Shown: piece by piece, positions 35,321 to 43,203 of the stretch
How the letters are laid out: each line of letters opens with the position of its first letter
Position numbering within the stretch: position 1 is the stretch's first letter
Assembly: GCA_017650325.1 (NCBI GenBank)
Contig: JAGCFC010000229.1
Location: forward strand, 5,637 to 69,636
Direction of reading: 5' to 3'
Source: Salinivirgaceae bacterium
GTDB taxonomy: Bacteria > Bacteroidota > Bacteroidia > Bacteroidales > SZUA-534
DNA: 64,000 bases
The notes under the pieces: generated by a model
What the model was told of the DNA's origin: nothing
Databases searched by the model: none
What the model saw: the letters and a program-made list of their open reading frames with translations, nothing else
Translations under genes and position numbers: made by a program

Positions 35321-36157
35321 TTACATTATTAATCTTGCGCGCACATCACCAACCGTATTCACTATATTAATGAATTGCTGTTTCGAAACTTTTTCGTCTT
35401 TGTTCTGATATGTCACATCATATACAGACTGTATAAGTTTTAGCTCTTCAAGCAATTTGGCAACATTACCCGATTGCTTGTTCTGATCGAGCAATTCGAT
35501 CAAGTTCTCAAGAAGAACCTGATGGTCACGAATAAGTTCGTATGTCTCGTCGTTAAGTTCCTGCTGTTTCATTGGCTCAAGACAGAGATAGAGACTCTCG
35601 ATCCAGGCACCAGCCACCACCAGGCATTGGATATCGACCAAGCCCTGCTCCTCAATGTAGGTCACAACATCATGATAAGAATCGGACGTTACGCTTAACA
35701 AAGTATCTGTTTCTGACAAATTGTTAAGGACTCTGTCTGCCAAATTCTTATCAATTCCCTCATACAAACCGATTTCAATCGAAAGATTCTTCACCAGATT
35801 GAAATACTCAAGAGTGTTTTGTGAGTTGCCCAAAATACAGCAGTAAGCCATATCAGAAGCATACACACCCATATTCACAGCTTGCTGATATTGAGTAACA
35901 TACCGCACGCCATTTGCCACTTTGTTCGGCAATTCGGGACTGAACGGCACATTGCGGTTCTTCATGCGGATAAACATTTCCAACGGTGACGGGATCTTGT
36001 AACTGATGGTTTGCGACTCATCGTCAAAGATAACGTCCTCTACACTTAGTTCCTCAATACTCTTTCGGGGTGATGACTTCTTGCCGTCACTGGAGCATGA
36101 TGCAAAAATGCCAACAATAAGTATGGCAGATGCCAATGTCATAAATGTCGTTTTCAT
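35321..36157 (-). CDS. lipoprotein of unknown function (paralogue of 11179-12099)
   Basis: Start at MKTTFMTLASAILIVGIFASC (ATG rc at 36155-36157). A -7 box at 36212-36219 lies inside the longer track ORF. Confidence 0.7.
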   Translation of the reverse strand: MKTTFMTLASAILIVGIFASCSSDGKKSSPRKSIEELSVEDVIFDDESQTISYKIPSPLEMFIRMKNRNVPFSPELPNKVANGVRYVTQYQQAVNMGVYASDMAYCCILGNSQNTLEYFNLVKNLSIEIGLYEGIDKNLADRVLNNLSETDTLLSVTSDSYHDVVTYIEEQGLVDIQCLVVAGAWIESLYLCLEPMKQQELNDETYELIRDHQVLLENLIELLDQNKQSGNVAKLLEELKLIQSVYDVTYQNKDEKVSKQQFINIVNTVGDVRARLIM

Positions 36158-36211
36158 ATACCTGTTTTTAATTAAATAAATACTATCAAGTTTTTTTCTA
36201 ATCGCTATGTG

Positions 36212-36219
36212 CAAATGTA
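36212..36219 (-). promoter_or_regulatory. candidate -7 promoter box TACATTTG (minus strand)
   Basis: rc of caaatgta; 54 nt upstream of the ATG at 36157. Confidence 0.45.
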
Positions 36220-36441
36220 CTCTATATGTTTCAAAATTCGCTATTGAAAATACAAATTATCGTTTTAATAAGATAGTAGCACGGATATTTTTTTTGTTTT
36301 TTCCATTCAACTGAAAACTAACTGTTTATTTGCCAATAGAATAAAAAACATAGTTCCTACAATTCAGAACAGGCTTTGGAAACAATAAACACTATTGGTA
36401 TAGACACTACTGCTGAACTGAAGATGCTTGGAACATTAGCA

Positions 36442-37224
36442 TCAGGAATGGGATGGCAGTCCTGCACTTAACAGCGTTTTATCAACACCCGTAACAATCT
36501 TGAAATCATGTCCATCGAAAACAGCATACGAGAAGTTTGTGAGCCAATCGCCAAGTACAACCATTCTTGTGTTTTCCGCTATCTGCTTATCGACAACAAG
36601 ATGACGATGCCCATATACCATATAATCGTATTTCTGTGTTTTCAGCAACTCATTTGAATGAAGGACTATTTTTTCTTTATCGTCCCCAAGATAACCAAGA
36701 GGCTCTATCCCTTTTTTGCCTCGACTTGAGTTCGACCACTTGTGTCCGAACCAGACTCCCAAATCGGGATGCAGCAGATTAGTGAACATAAATCTCACCA
36801 CACGATTGTGAAACAACCATTTGATGAACTTATAAGAAAAGTCGCCGGGGCCGACTCCATCACCATGCGAGATATAGAATTTTTTCCCCATGATCTCCGT
36901 TTCGAAAGCATCATCGTGAACAATAAGCCCCAATTCATCGCGAAGGTAACCGAAAGTCCATGTATCGTGGTTGCCTGCAAAAAAATGAATTTTTATGCCG
37001 TTCTCGACCATCTGCGCCAACTTACCTAAAGTGCGCACAAAACCTTTCGGCACGACATTATGGTACTCGAACCAAAAATCGAAAACATCTCCGACAAGAT
37101 ATAGTTCCTCGGCATCGGCACTGATTGCATCCAACCATCTGACAAACAATCGCTCACGCCACTCACCCTGTTTTAAATCGGGGTAACCCAGGTGCATATC
37201 CGATGCAAAATAGACCTTGCCCAC
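36442..37224 (-). CDS. lpxH: UDP-2,3-diacylglucosamine diphosphatase (LpxH family metallophosphoesterase)
   Basis: YFASDMHLG, GDVFDFWFEY, GNHDTW and HGDG motifs. Confidence 0.85.
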   Translation of the reverse strand: MGKVYFASDMHLGYPDLKQGEWRERLFVRWLDAISADAEELYLVGDVFDFWFEYHNVVPKGFVRTLGKLAQMVENGIKIHFFAGNHDTWTFGYLRDELGLIVHDDAFETEIMGKKFYISHGDGVGPGDFSYKFIKWLFHNRVVRFMFTNLLHPDLGVWFGHKWSNSSRGKKGIEPLGYLGDDKEKIVLHSNELLKTQKYDYMVYGHRHLVVDKQIAENTRMVVLGDWLTNFSYAVFDGHDFKIVTGVDKTLLSAGLPSHS

Positions 37225-37231
37225 CTTGCCG

Positions 37232-38413
37232 CTATTTTAACAGTTCGGCCAATTTTGCTTCGAGCTGCGCCGGCGTCAGGTTTTCGGCCACCACCACACG
37301 GTCAGCATCGACAAGAGCATTGAACGGCACGGCCTCAACGCCAATCTGCTTTGCAACCTTGCTGTCCATATAACTGAGCTCGCTCACATGGTTTATCCAA
37401 ATAAGCCGGTCCTCGCGAATTGTATTTTTCCAGTCGTCCAGACTGCGTTCAAGAGCAACTGAGTAGATATCGAAACCACGGTAACGATAGGTTCGGAACA
37501 CCCTGCGCAGTTCGGGGTGAGCCTCGCGGCACGGGCGGCACCATGTGCCCCACAGATTGACCAACACATATTTAGCCTTGAGATTCGACAATCGGATTGT
37601 GTCGCCATAAGGATTCGGCAATGCTATATCGGGCATTGTATCTCCCACAGCAATCTGTCCGCCGCGTTTGGGTTGCAGTTCAATAGCCGCACGGGCTTGC
37701 GACACATAGCGGTTGAGCATCATTGTAATGGCAATTGTGTCGTAACGATGCATCAATGCGGTGTCAACCATCTCGAAATATTTGAAATCGTCAACAACAT
37801 TAAACATGTTGGTGCGCAACCCCACCTTCGACGAAAGCGCCACATAGCTTGCCAGCGAACCGGGCTGCGCGGTTATGAACTGCTCGTGAAATTGGCGGTC
37901 AGCATTGTAAACCGAATCGGATTTGGCACGTACATCTGCAACAATTTTGGTTATGTTGTTATCGAGTTGATGCTCCATGTAGAATCGGTTGAGAGTGTCC
38001 AGCACATAATTTGACTGATGATGCTTGCGCAACAGCTCTGCCAACCGTTCCGACTCAGGTGAACCCGACACAGTAAATGTTGCTGCCATATCTGGATAAG
38101 ATGCCGTTACCACCACATTCTCATCGGGACAAGGCAGAACCCTAACGTTACTACCAGGCTCAACGTAAATCACAAAATCTTTTGGTTCAACACTTTTTTG
38201 ACGGAAAGCGAACCTTCCCGAATCATCAATCATTATCGAATCCGGCATAAAGCCAGGCTGAGTCATATCAATGATTTTCAACCACTTTCCTTCGCCGCCA
38301 GTTATCACACCAGAAACTGACAATTGAGGCTCATGCACCTTGGCTTCATGGCATGCCATCAAGCAAAGCGATAATACCGATATATACGATATATATATAA
38401 TACCCTTGCGCAT
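37232..38413 (-). CDS. TlpA-family thiol:disulfide oxidoreductase lipoprotein (thioredoxin fold)
   Basis: LVNLWGTWCRPCREAHPEL (WCxxC). Start at ATG 38413 (MRKGIIYISYISVLSLCLMAC); the track start at 38434 is a TTG and overlaps a -7 box. Confidence 0.85.
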   Translation of the reverse strand: MRKGIIYISYISVLSLCLMACHEAKVHEPQLSVSGVITGGEGKWLKIIDMTQPGFMPDSIMIDDSGRFAFRQKSVEPKDFVIYVEPGSNVRVLPCPDENVVVTASYPDMAATFTVSGSPESERLAELLRKHHQSNYVLDTLNRFYMEHQLDNNITKIVADVRAKSDSVYNADRQFHEQFITAQPGSLASYVALSSKVGLRTNMFNVVDDFKYFEMVDTALMHRYDTIAITMMLNRYVSQARAAIELQPKRGGQIAVGDTMPDIALPNPYGDTIRLSNLKAKYVLVNLWGTWCRPCREAHPELRRVFRTYRYRGFDIYSVALERSLDDWKNTIREDRLIWINHVSELSYMDSKVAKQIGVEAVPFNALVDADRVVVAENLTPAQLEAKLAELLK

Positions 38414-38431
38414 AACGTCTGCTATTTTCGG

Positions 38432-38439
38432 CAAATATA
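38432..38439 (-). promoter_or_regulatory. candidate -7 promoter box TATATTTG (minus strand)
   Basis: rc of caaatata; 18 nt upstream of the ATG at 38413. Confidence 0.45.
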
Positions 38440-38525
38440 GTTTAAGTTCTATGTTTTTAAGCCAATGAAGGCTGAGTTTTGTGGTTTGTTATTCAACTTA
38501 ACCCTCAAAAAAGGCTTTAACCTTT

Positions 38526-38567
38526 CGTTAACTGTTTTTAACCCAACGTTAACCATCTGCAATACAG
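38526..38567 (+). repeat. two tandem 21-bp units, each TTTAACC-N3-CGTTAAC (15/21 identical)
   Basis: TTTAACCTTTCGTTAACTGTT / TTTAACCCAACGTTAACCATC. A further CTTAACC lies at 38507-38513. Confidence 0.85.
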
Positions 38568-38761
38568 GCATGTTGTACTTTTACATCGTCGAAAAACAAA
38601 CATCGATACAAAAGTTTCTTCATAAATGGATTATAGTTGCTAAAGCGGTCTCACCAACCGCAAAACGAGCCGGACACTGAAAAGTGAGCCGGCTTGTTTG
38701 CTTTTAGTCAGGCGTCGATGACCCGATTTTTGCATTATCCACAAAAAAAATTGCAAAAAAG

Positions 38762-38788
38762 CTGCAACCTTTTCCGATTTCCACATCA
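38762..38788 (+). promoter_or_regulatory. shared promoter-like motif copy 1: CTGCAACCTTTTC-N9-CATCA
   Basis: CTGCAACCTTTTCCGATTTCCACATCA, 32 nt before the ATG at 38821, preceded by an A-run. Confidence 0.5.
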
Positions 38789-38820
38789 AAGGGGTGTAAT
38801 AACTCTAAAAACTTTACAAT

Positions 38821-39540
38821 ATGAAAAAGATTTGTTTCCTGAGCGCAATGCTCATCGCAGCGTACAACTTCGCAAGTGCGCAAACTTTGTACAACTTTAA
38901 TGCTGGTTCCGGCATTTGGATTGTTAATTGCGACCCTAAAAGCTATGACGGCCAAACCATCACCAACGCTGGTATGTCACCCACATTGTTTGTGGGGGCA
39001 TCGATGAGCAAGGTTTTTGAATCGAACCTTGTGGCAAGTATCGGCGCCGACCTGCATTTTATGAAAAACAATTACACCTTCAAAACATCGCTCGACAGCC
39101 ATTGGGATGGGAACCAAACAGCTACTAATTATTGGTGGGATGATAGGGATGATGGATATTTAGGCGATGAAGAAGGCGCATCTCACCACTTTCTGATTGC
39201 CTTGCCAGTGCGTATCGGCTATCAGATTGGCAAATTCACGCCAAATGTGGGGTTTGAATATGGCTACAGCATAAACACCAACCGAGTGGACAACTATAAT
39301 ACCATGTGCGTTACGGCAGGTCTGGAATACCGCCTGTCGCCGAAACTCGCCCTCACTCTAAATTACGCAAGCCATTTGGTCAGCGATATGAATCATACCA
39401 TTAAAAAAGTTAAAGAAACCTGCGCAGAAACAGAAAATGGTTGGGAAAGAAATTTCGAAACTCTAGCCGAGAAAAAAGTTAGCTGGCACTCGCAAAGGGT
39501 TGAAGTTGGCATAAGTTACCGTTTGGGGAATGCCGAATAA
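38821..39540 (+). CDS. small outer-membrane beta-barrel protein (porin-family/OmpA-like barrel)
   Basis: Signal peptide (AAYNFASAQ), alternating beta-strand pattern, and a C-terminal ...RVEVGISYRLGN. Confidence 0.7.
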   Translation: MKKICFLSAMLIAAYNFASAQTLYNFNAGSGIWIVNCDPKSYDGQTITNAGMSPTLFVGASMSKVFESNLVASIGADLHFMKNNYTFKTSLDSHWDGNQTATNYWWDDRDDGYLGDEEGASHHFLIALPVRIGYQIGKFTPNVGFEYGYSINTNRVDNYNTMCVTAGLEYRLSPKLALTLNYASHLVSDMNHTIKKVKETCAETENGWERNFETLAEKKVSWHSQRVEVGISYRLGNAE

Positions 39541-39557
39541 ATTTTTTTCCGAAAAAA

Positions 39558-39584
39558 CTGCAACCTTTTCCGAAACCCGCATCA
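39558..39584 (+). promoter_or_regulatory. shared promoter-like motif copy 2
   Basis: CTGCAACCTTTTCCGAAACCCGCATCA, 38 nt before the ATG at 39623. Confidence 0.5.
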
Positions 39585-39622
39585 TATAAGCGAAACATTT
39601 AAAAATTTAAAACTCAAATAAT

Positions 39623-40363
39623 ATGAAAAAGATTGGATTTCTGGGCATTATGCTCATTGCGGCACAAAACCTTACAATTGCACAAACATCGTTCGATGTT
39701 AACATCGGTAGTGGTGTTTGGACAACATTCTGCCAACCGTTTATTGTTGAGAATCATTTTGTTGGCAATCCTAGCGTGTCAGCCACAAACCATCTCGGTT
39801 TCGGCATAAAAAGTGTTTTAAGCAGCAACCTTACACTGAGCGTTGGTGTCAGAGGACACTACATGAACCAGAACAGCAGTTTCCGCGCAAGCCTGAAATG
39901 CAAATATCCCGACTGCGACATTTGCGAAGATTTTGACGATAACGGATTCTTTATCAACTGGGACGAAGAGTACGGCATCGGAGAGAAAACTGTCGGTCGC
40001 AAAGAATCATCAACCGACTACGCCATGGTTTCTGTTCCAGTGAAAATTGGTTACCAGATTGGCAAGTTCAACCCGAACTTTGGTGTTGAGTACAACTACC
40101 GTGTGGGCATTGACAAGAACGTGGGCGAGCTGCACTCAGTTGGCTTAACCACAGGTCTGAGATTCGACCTTAACAACCACTTCGCCTTCTCGACCGACTT
40201 CTACAGCGGCGTCACCAAAGACATGACGCACAAAGGCACCGTGTACAGCGGAAAACGTGGCGAGGACGACGCTGAGAAAATCGAAATCCGCGATTTCAAC
40301 TGGCGTACCTACCGCGTTGAATTGAGCGTTCACTACAAATTCGGTGGCAACAGCGCGAATTAA
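39623..40363 (+). CDS. small outer-membrane beta-barrel protein (paralogue of 38821-39540)
   Basis: Similar N-terminus (MKKIGFLGIMLIAAQNLTIAQ), a shared PVKIGYQIGKFNPNFGVEY block, and C-terminal RVELSVHYKFG. Confidence 0.7.
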   Translation: MKKIGFLGIMLIAAQNLTIAQTSFDVNIGSGVWTTFCQPFIVENHFVGNPSVSATNHLGFGIKSVLSSNLTLSVGVRGHYMNQNSSFRASLKCKYPDCDICEDFDDNGFFINWDEEYGIGEKTVGRKESSTDYAMVSVPVKIGYQIGKFNPNFGVEYNYRVGIDKNVGELHSVGLTTGLRFDLNNHFAFSTDFYSGVTKDMTHKGTVYSGKRGEDDAEKIEIRDFNWRTYRVELSVHYKFGGNSAN

Positions 40364-40403
40364 ATCACACGGCGCTATCCGAAAAAGCGCCAACAAAACT
40401 CAA

Positions 40404-40442
40404 GGACCGAAATGCAGGCAAGTGCGTTTTGGTCTTTTTTTG
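40404..40442 (+). terminator. rho-independent terminator
   Basis: GGACCGAAA...TTTTGGTC stem followed by TTTTTTTG. Confidence 0.7.
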
Positions 40443-40530
40443 TTTATCGAAACTACCACAAATAACATTTCAAAATACTAATTGCGCGAAAGAAGCGTTT
40501 ATTTAATGTACCAACTAAAAAAACGCAATT

Positions 40531-41274
40531 ATGAAAAGACCTATTTTTCTGGCGGTCATGCTGTTATGCATGATGCCAAGAAGTTTTGCCATCGAGCCGG
40601 TTTGGGCGATAAACGTATCAGCCGGTTTCGATTTTGTGGGCGCCACGCAGCGCAATTTTGACTTCATAAGAGCCTTCCGCTCGAACGAAACAATTAGCGG
40701 TGCCCGGGATAAAACAATCGGCACCTACCATTTGAGTATTATGCCCGAATGCTATCTGACAGACAAATTCAGTCTGTCAACAGGCTTGCGTGTGACAAGT
40801 GCGGGAAGCCATTTCAACTCCGACTACAGTTTCTTCTATTTCAAAGCCAAAGAAGAAGGCCTCAACACTTACTATTTCCGCATTAATTCAATCCAACAAG
40901 AAAATGTGTATGTCGGTGTTCCGCTCGAATTCAGGTTCACATTGCGTGGCGACGGCCGTCCATCGCCGTATTTCCGCTGCGGTACCACATTCAACTTCCG
41001 ATGCACCACAAAATCAACTATCAATTATACTAAGCGTTACCACGACCCAACCGCCAGCATAGATTCGAAGGACATTCCCACGGCCGACAATTTCACCCTG
41101 CCTGTCTACTGTGCGGCAGGCTGCCAGTTCGGTCACCACAATTCTTTCAGCGTCGAGATTACATTTCCATATCTTGTATTGGCCGGTTCAATGTCGGGCA
41201 TGCATTTCAGCGACGGCTTAGGTGGCGGATTACGAATGACTTACCAATTTCTAAAAACCAAATCGGAGAATTGA
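40531..41274 (+). CDS. outer-membrane beta-barrel protein (third, more divergent)
   Basis: Signal peptide (MPRSFAIEP), beta-strand periodicity, and a C-terminal LRMTYQF. Confidence 0.6.
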   Translation: MKRPIFLAVMLLCMMPRSFAIEPVWAINVSAGFDFVGATQRNFDFIRAFRSNETISGARDKTIGTYHLSIMPECYLTDKFSLSTGLRVTSAGSHFNSDYSFFYFKAKEEGLNTYYFRINSIQQENVYVGVPLEFRFTLRGDGRPSPYFRCGTTFNFRCTTKSTINYTKRYHDPTASIDSKDIPTADNFTLPVYCAAGCQFGHHNSFSVEITFPYLVLAGSMSGMHFSDGLGGGLRMTYQFLKTKSEN

Positions 41275-41276
41275 TT

Positions 41277-41906
41277 ATGAAAAAGACACTTATATTATGC
41301 ATGGCCGCCTGTCTGTTTGCCGCCTGCGAAGACAACCTTGAAAGGTCGATATGGATTAGTGACCCCGATGACTTTAACCTGCCGAAATACACCGAATGGG
41401 GATACAACACTTTCGGCGCCAAAATGGATGGCAGCTATTTTTTGTCGTGCTGGCGCGAGAACCCTTGCTCAATGGAGTGGCACGCCAACGATTCAACTCT
41501 GGAATTCACCATGAATGGCTGCCAGACACTCAACGACTATATGGTATTTGACGGATACATAACCAAAAAAGACTATATGTCGCTGACGATAATCTTCCCA
41601 TGCGACTCGGTAATCGACAATTACAAGAAACTTTATCTGCTCGACGGAAAAACAATCGATTTGACCGACACCACCGTTAAGGTTCTTGTAACGCTTGAAT
41701 CGCACAACTACTGGACCGAACCCATCACCGACATCCGCAGCGGCGAACTTTGCTTCAAGCGAATACAGAATCTATATGTTGACGGGAAATTCGAAGAATC
41801 AATTGTTTCCGGAACTTTCGATATCCGTTATGTGAAAGACGGAGAAAAGACCAGAATGTCCGATGGACGCTTCGACATAGGTATAAATCAGTCTTTCTTC
41901 TGGTAA
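41277..41906 (+). CDS. lipoprotein of unknown function
   Basis: MKKTLILCMAACLFAAC lipobox. ATG 41277 lies 2 nt after the previous stop; the track start at 41271 is a TTG. Confidence 0.65.
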   Translation: MKKTLILCMAACLFAACEDNLERSIWISDPDDFNLPKYTEWGYNTFGAKMDGSYFLSCWRENPCSMEWHANDSTLEFTMNGCQTLNDYMVFDGYITKKDYMSLTIIFPCDSVIDNYKKLYLLDGKTIDLTDTTVKVLVTLESHNYWTEPITDIRSGELCFKRIQNLYVDGKFEESIVSGTFDIRYVKDGEKTRMSDGRFDIGINQSFFW

Positions 41907-41935
41907 ATCGTCGAACGTTATCGGCTATCAAACAA

Positions 41936-41964
41936 AAAAAAGCGGCCTTGTGAGCCGCTTTTTG
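41936..41964. terminator. bidirectional rho-independent terminator between convergent genes
   Basis: AAAAAGCGGC-cttgtga-GCCGCTTTTT. Confidence 0.8.
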
Positions 41965-41982
41965 TATTTATATGCAATTGGT

Positions 41983-43095
41983 TTAGAACGAGAATTGCAG
42001 ACGAGTCTGAACCATGCTGTAGTTCTCACCGTCTTTCACTGCCGCATAAATGGCATTTACTTTCAGGTTCAGGTTTTTGCTGAAGAAATAGTTCGCGCCA
42101 ATGGTGAAATCGGTTTGTTTTCCTGCTTTTACATGGTCTGCATCAAGATTGAGGTGGCTCACACGTGCCAGTACCTCAAGGCTTTTTGGCGATGCGTTGG
42201 CTGCCAAACCTGTCTTTTTGTTATAGTTCTGTTGGTCGCCCTTGATTAGGAAGCTGGTCTGAACATAGAAACCATCGAGATAGGCGTTGTTATCGGCAGT
42301 ATCCATCTTCTGCAACGATGCCGCCATGTAGTGGCCCTCAACATAGAGTTTTCCGGCAATGAAGATGGCCTCAGCCTCCATGCGCAAGTAGTTGTCGGGG
42401 TTGAAATTGGCCGTGCCGATAAGTTTATTGGTAACAACAGTTGTCGGAATTGAGCCTGTAAACGACACTGCATTAGGCGATTGCACAAACATTGGAGCGA
42501 CACCAATGTGCAGCACCGTCGATTCGTCGATGATTGGGCGGAAGATTGCTTTTGCGGCGAGCGACCAGCCTTTATCGATGTTCTTGCCATTGTCGACATT
42601 GCCATCGCTGAACAAACCGGCTGTCAAGTTGAACGGGTCGGAAGTATAAGCATACGACAAACCAATTTTACGTGCCGGGCAGAATGCAAGGTCGGCCGAG
42701 GCATCCTCGACAAACTTATACGACAAGCCGAGAGGTTTGGCTCCATAAGGTTGGAAATGGTTGCCCACGGTGAGCGAGCTGTTGTCGTTCAGTTTGTAAC
42801 CAATCCACAAGTCGCGGAACGAGATTGCTTTCGAAGCATAGCAGACCTCGATTTTGGCGCTCCACTTCTCGTCGAAATTGCCCAAAACACCCAAACGGGT
42901 ATCGTTCATGGCCACACCGTTGTGCTCTTTAAGATTGGTGTCGGAAGAAGCGATGAATGTGCCGGCGTCGAAATTTGTACGGCCCATAAAACGAACACTC
43001 ATGTCGCCCGATTCGGTTTTAACCTTGATTTGAGCAAACGAACCAGCCGAAACTGTAAGTGCGATTGCCGAAAGAATAATTGCTTTAAATTTCAT
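41983..43095 (-). CDS. phosphate-selective porin O/P family outer-membrane protein
   Basis: Start MKFKAIILSAIALTVSAGSFAQ. The barrel pattern with RFMGRTNFD... and C-terminal TRLQFSF matches my memory of OprO/P-like Bacteroidetes porins. Confidence 0.6.
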   Translation of the reverse strand: MKFKAIILSAIALTVSAGSFAQIKVKTESGDMSVRFMGRTNFDAGTFIASSDTNLKEHNGVAMNDTRLGVLGNFDEKWSAKIEVCYASKAISFRDLWIGYKLNDNSSLTVGNHFQPYGAKPLGLSYKFVEDASADLAFCPARKIGLSYAYTSDPFNLTAGLFSDGNVDNGKNIDKGWSLAAKAIFRPIIDESTVLHIGVAPMFVQSPNAVSFTGSIPTTVVTNKLIGTANFNPDNYLRMEAEAIFIAGKLYVEGHYMAASLQKMDTADNNAYLDGFYVQTSFLIKGDQQNYNKKTGLAANASPKSLEVLARVSHLNLDADHVKAGKQTDFTIGANYFFSKNLNLKVNAIYAAVKDGENYSMVQTRLQFSF

Positions 43096-43203
43096 AATCA
43101 ATATTTTAACGATTAAACTTACTTCTCGGAAAAAACGGTGCAAATATGGGCAAAAGGCTGTTACCCACAACAATTACGACAAAATAAATACGCAGTTTGC
43201 TTA

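Noticed and set aside
38465-38680. 71-aa ORF in the 386-bp intergenic region.
   Set aside because: It runs through the TTAAC repeat array, has no ribosome-binding or promoter context, and has an implausible sequence. The region is better explained as regulatory or non-coding.
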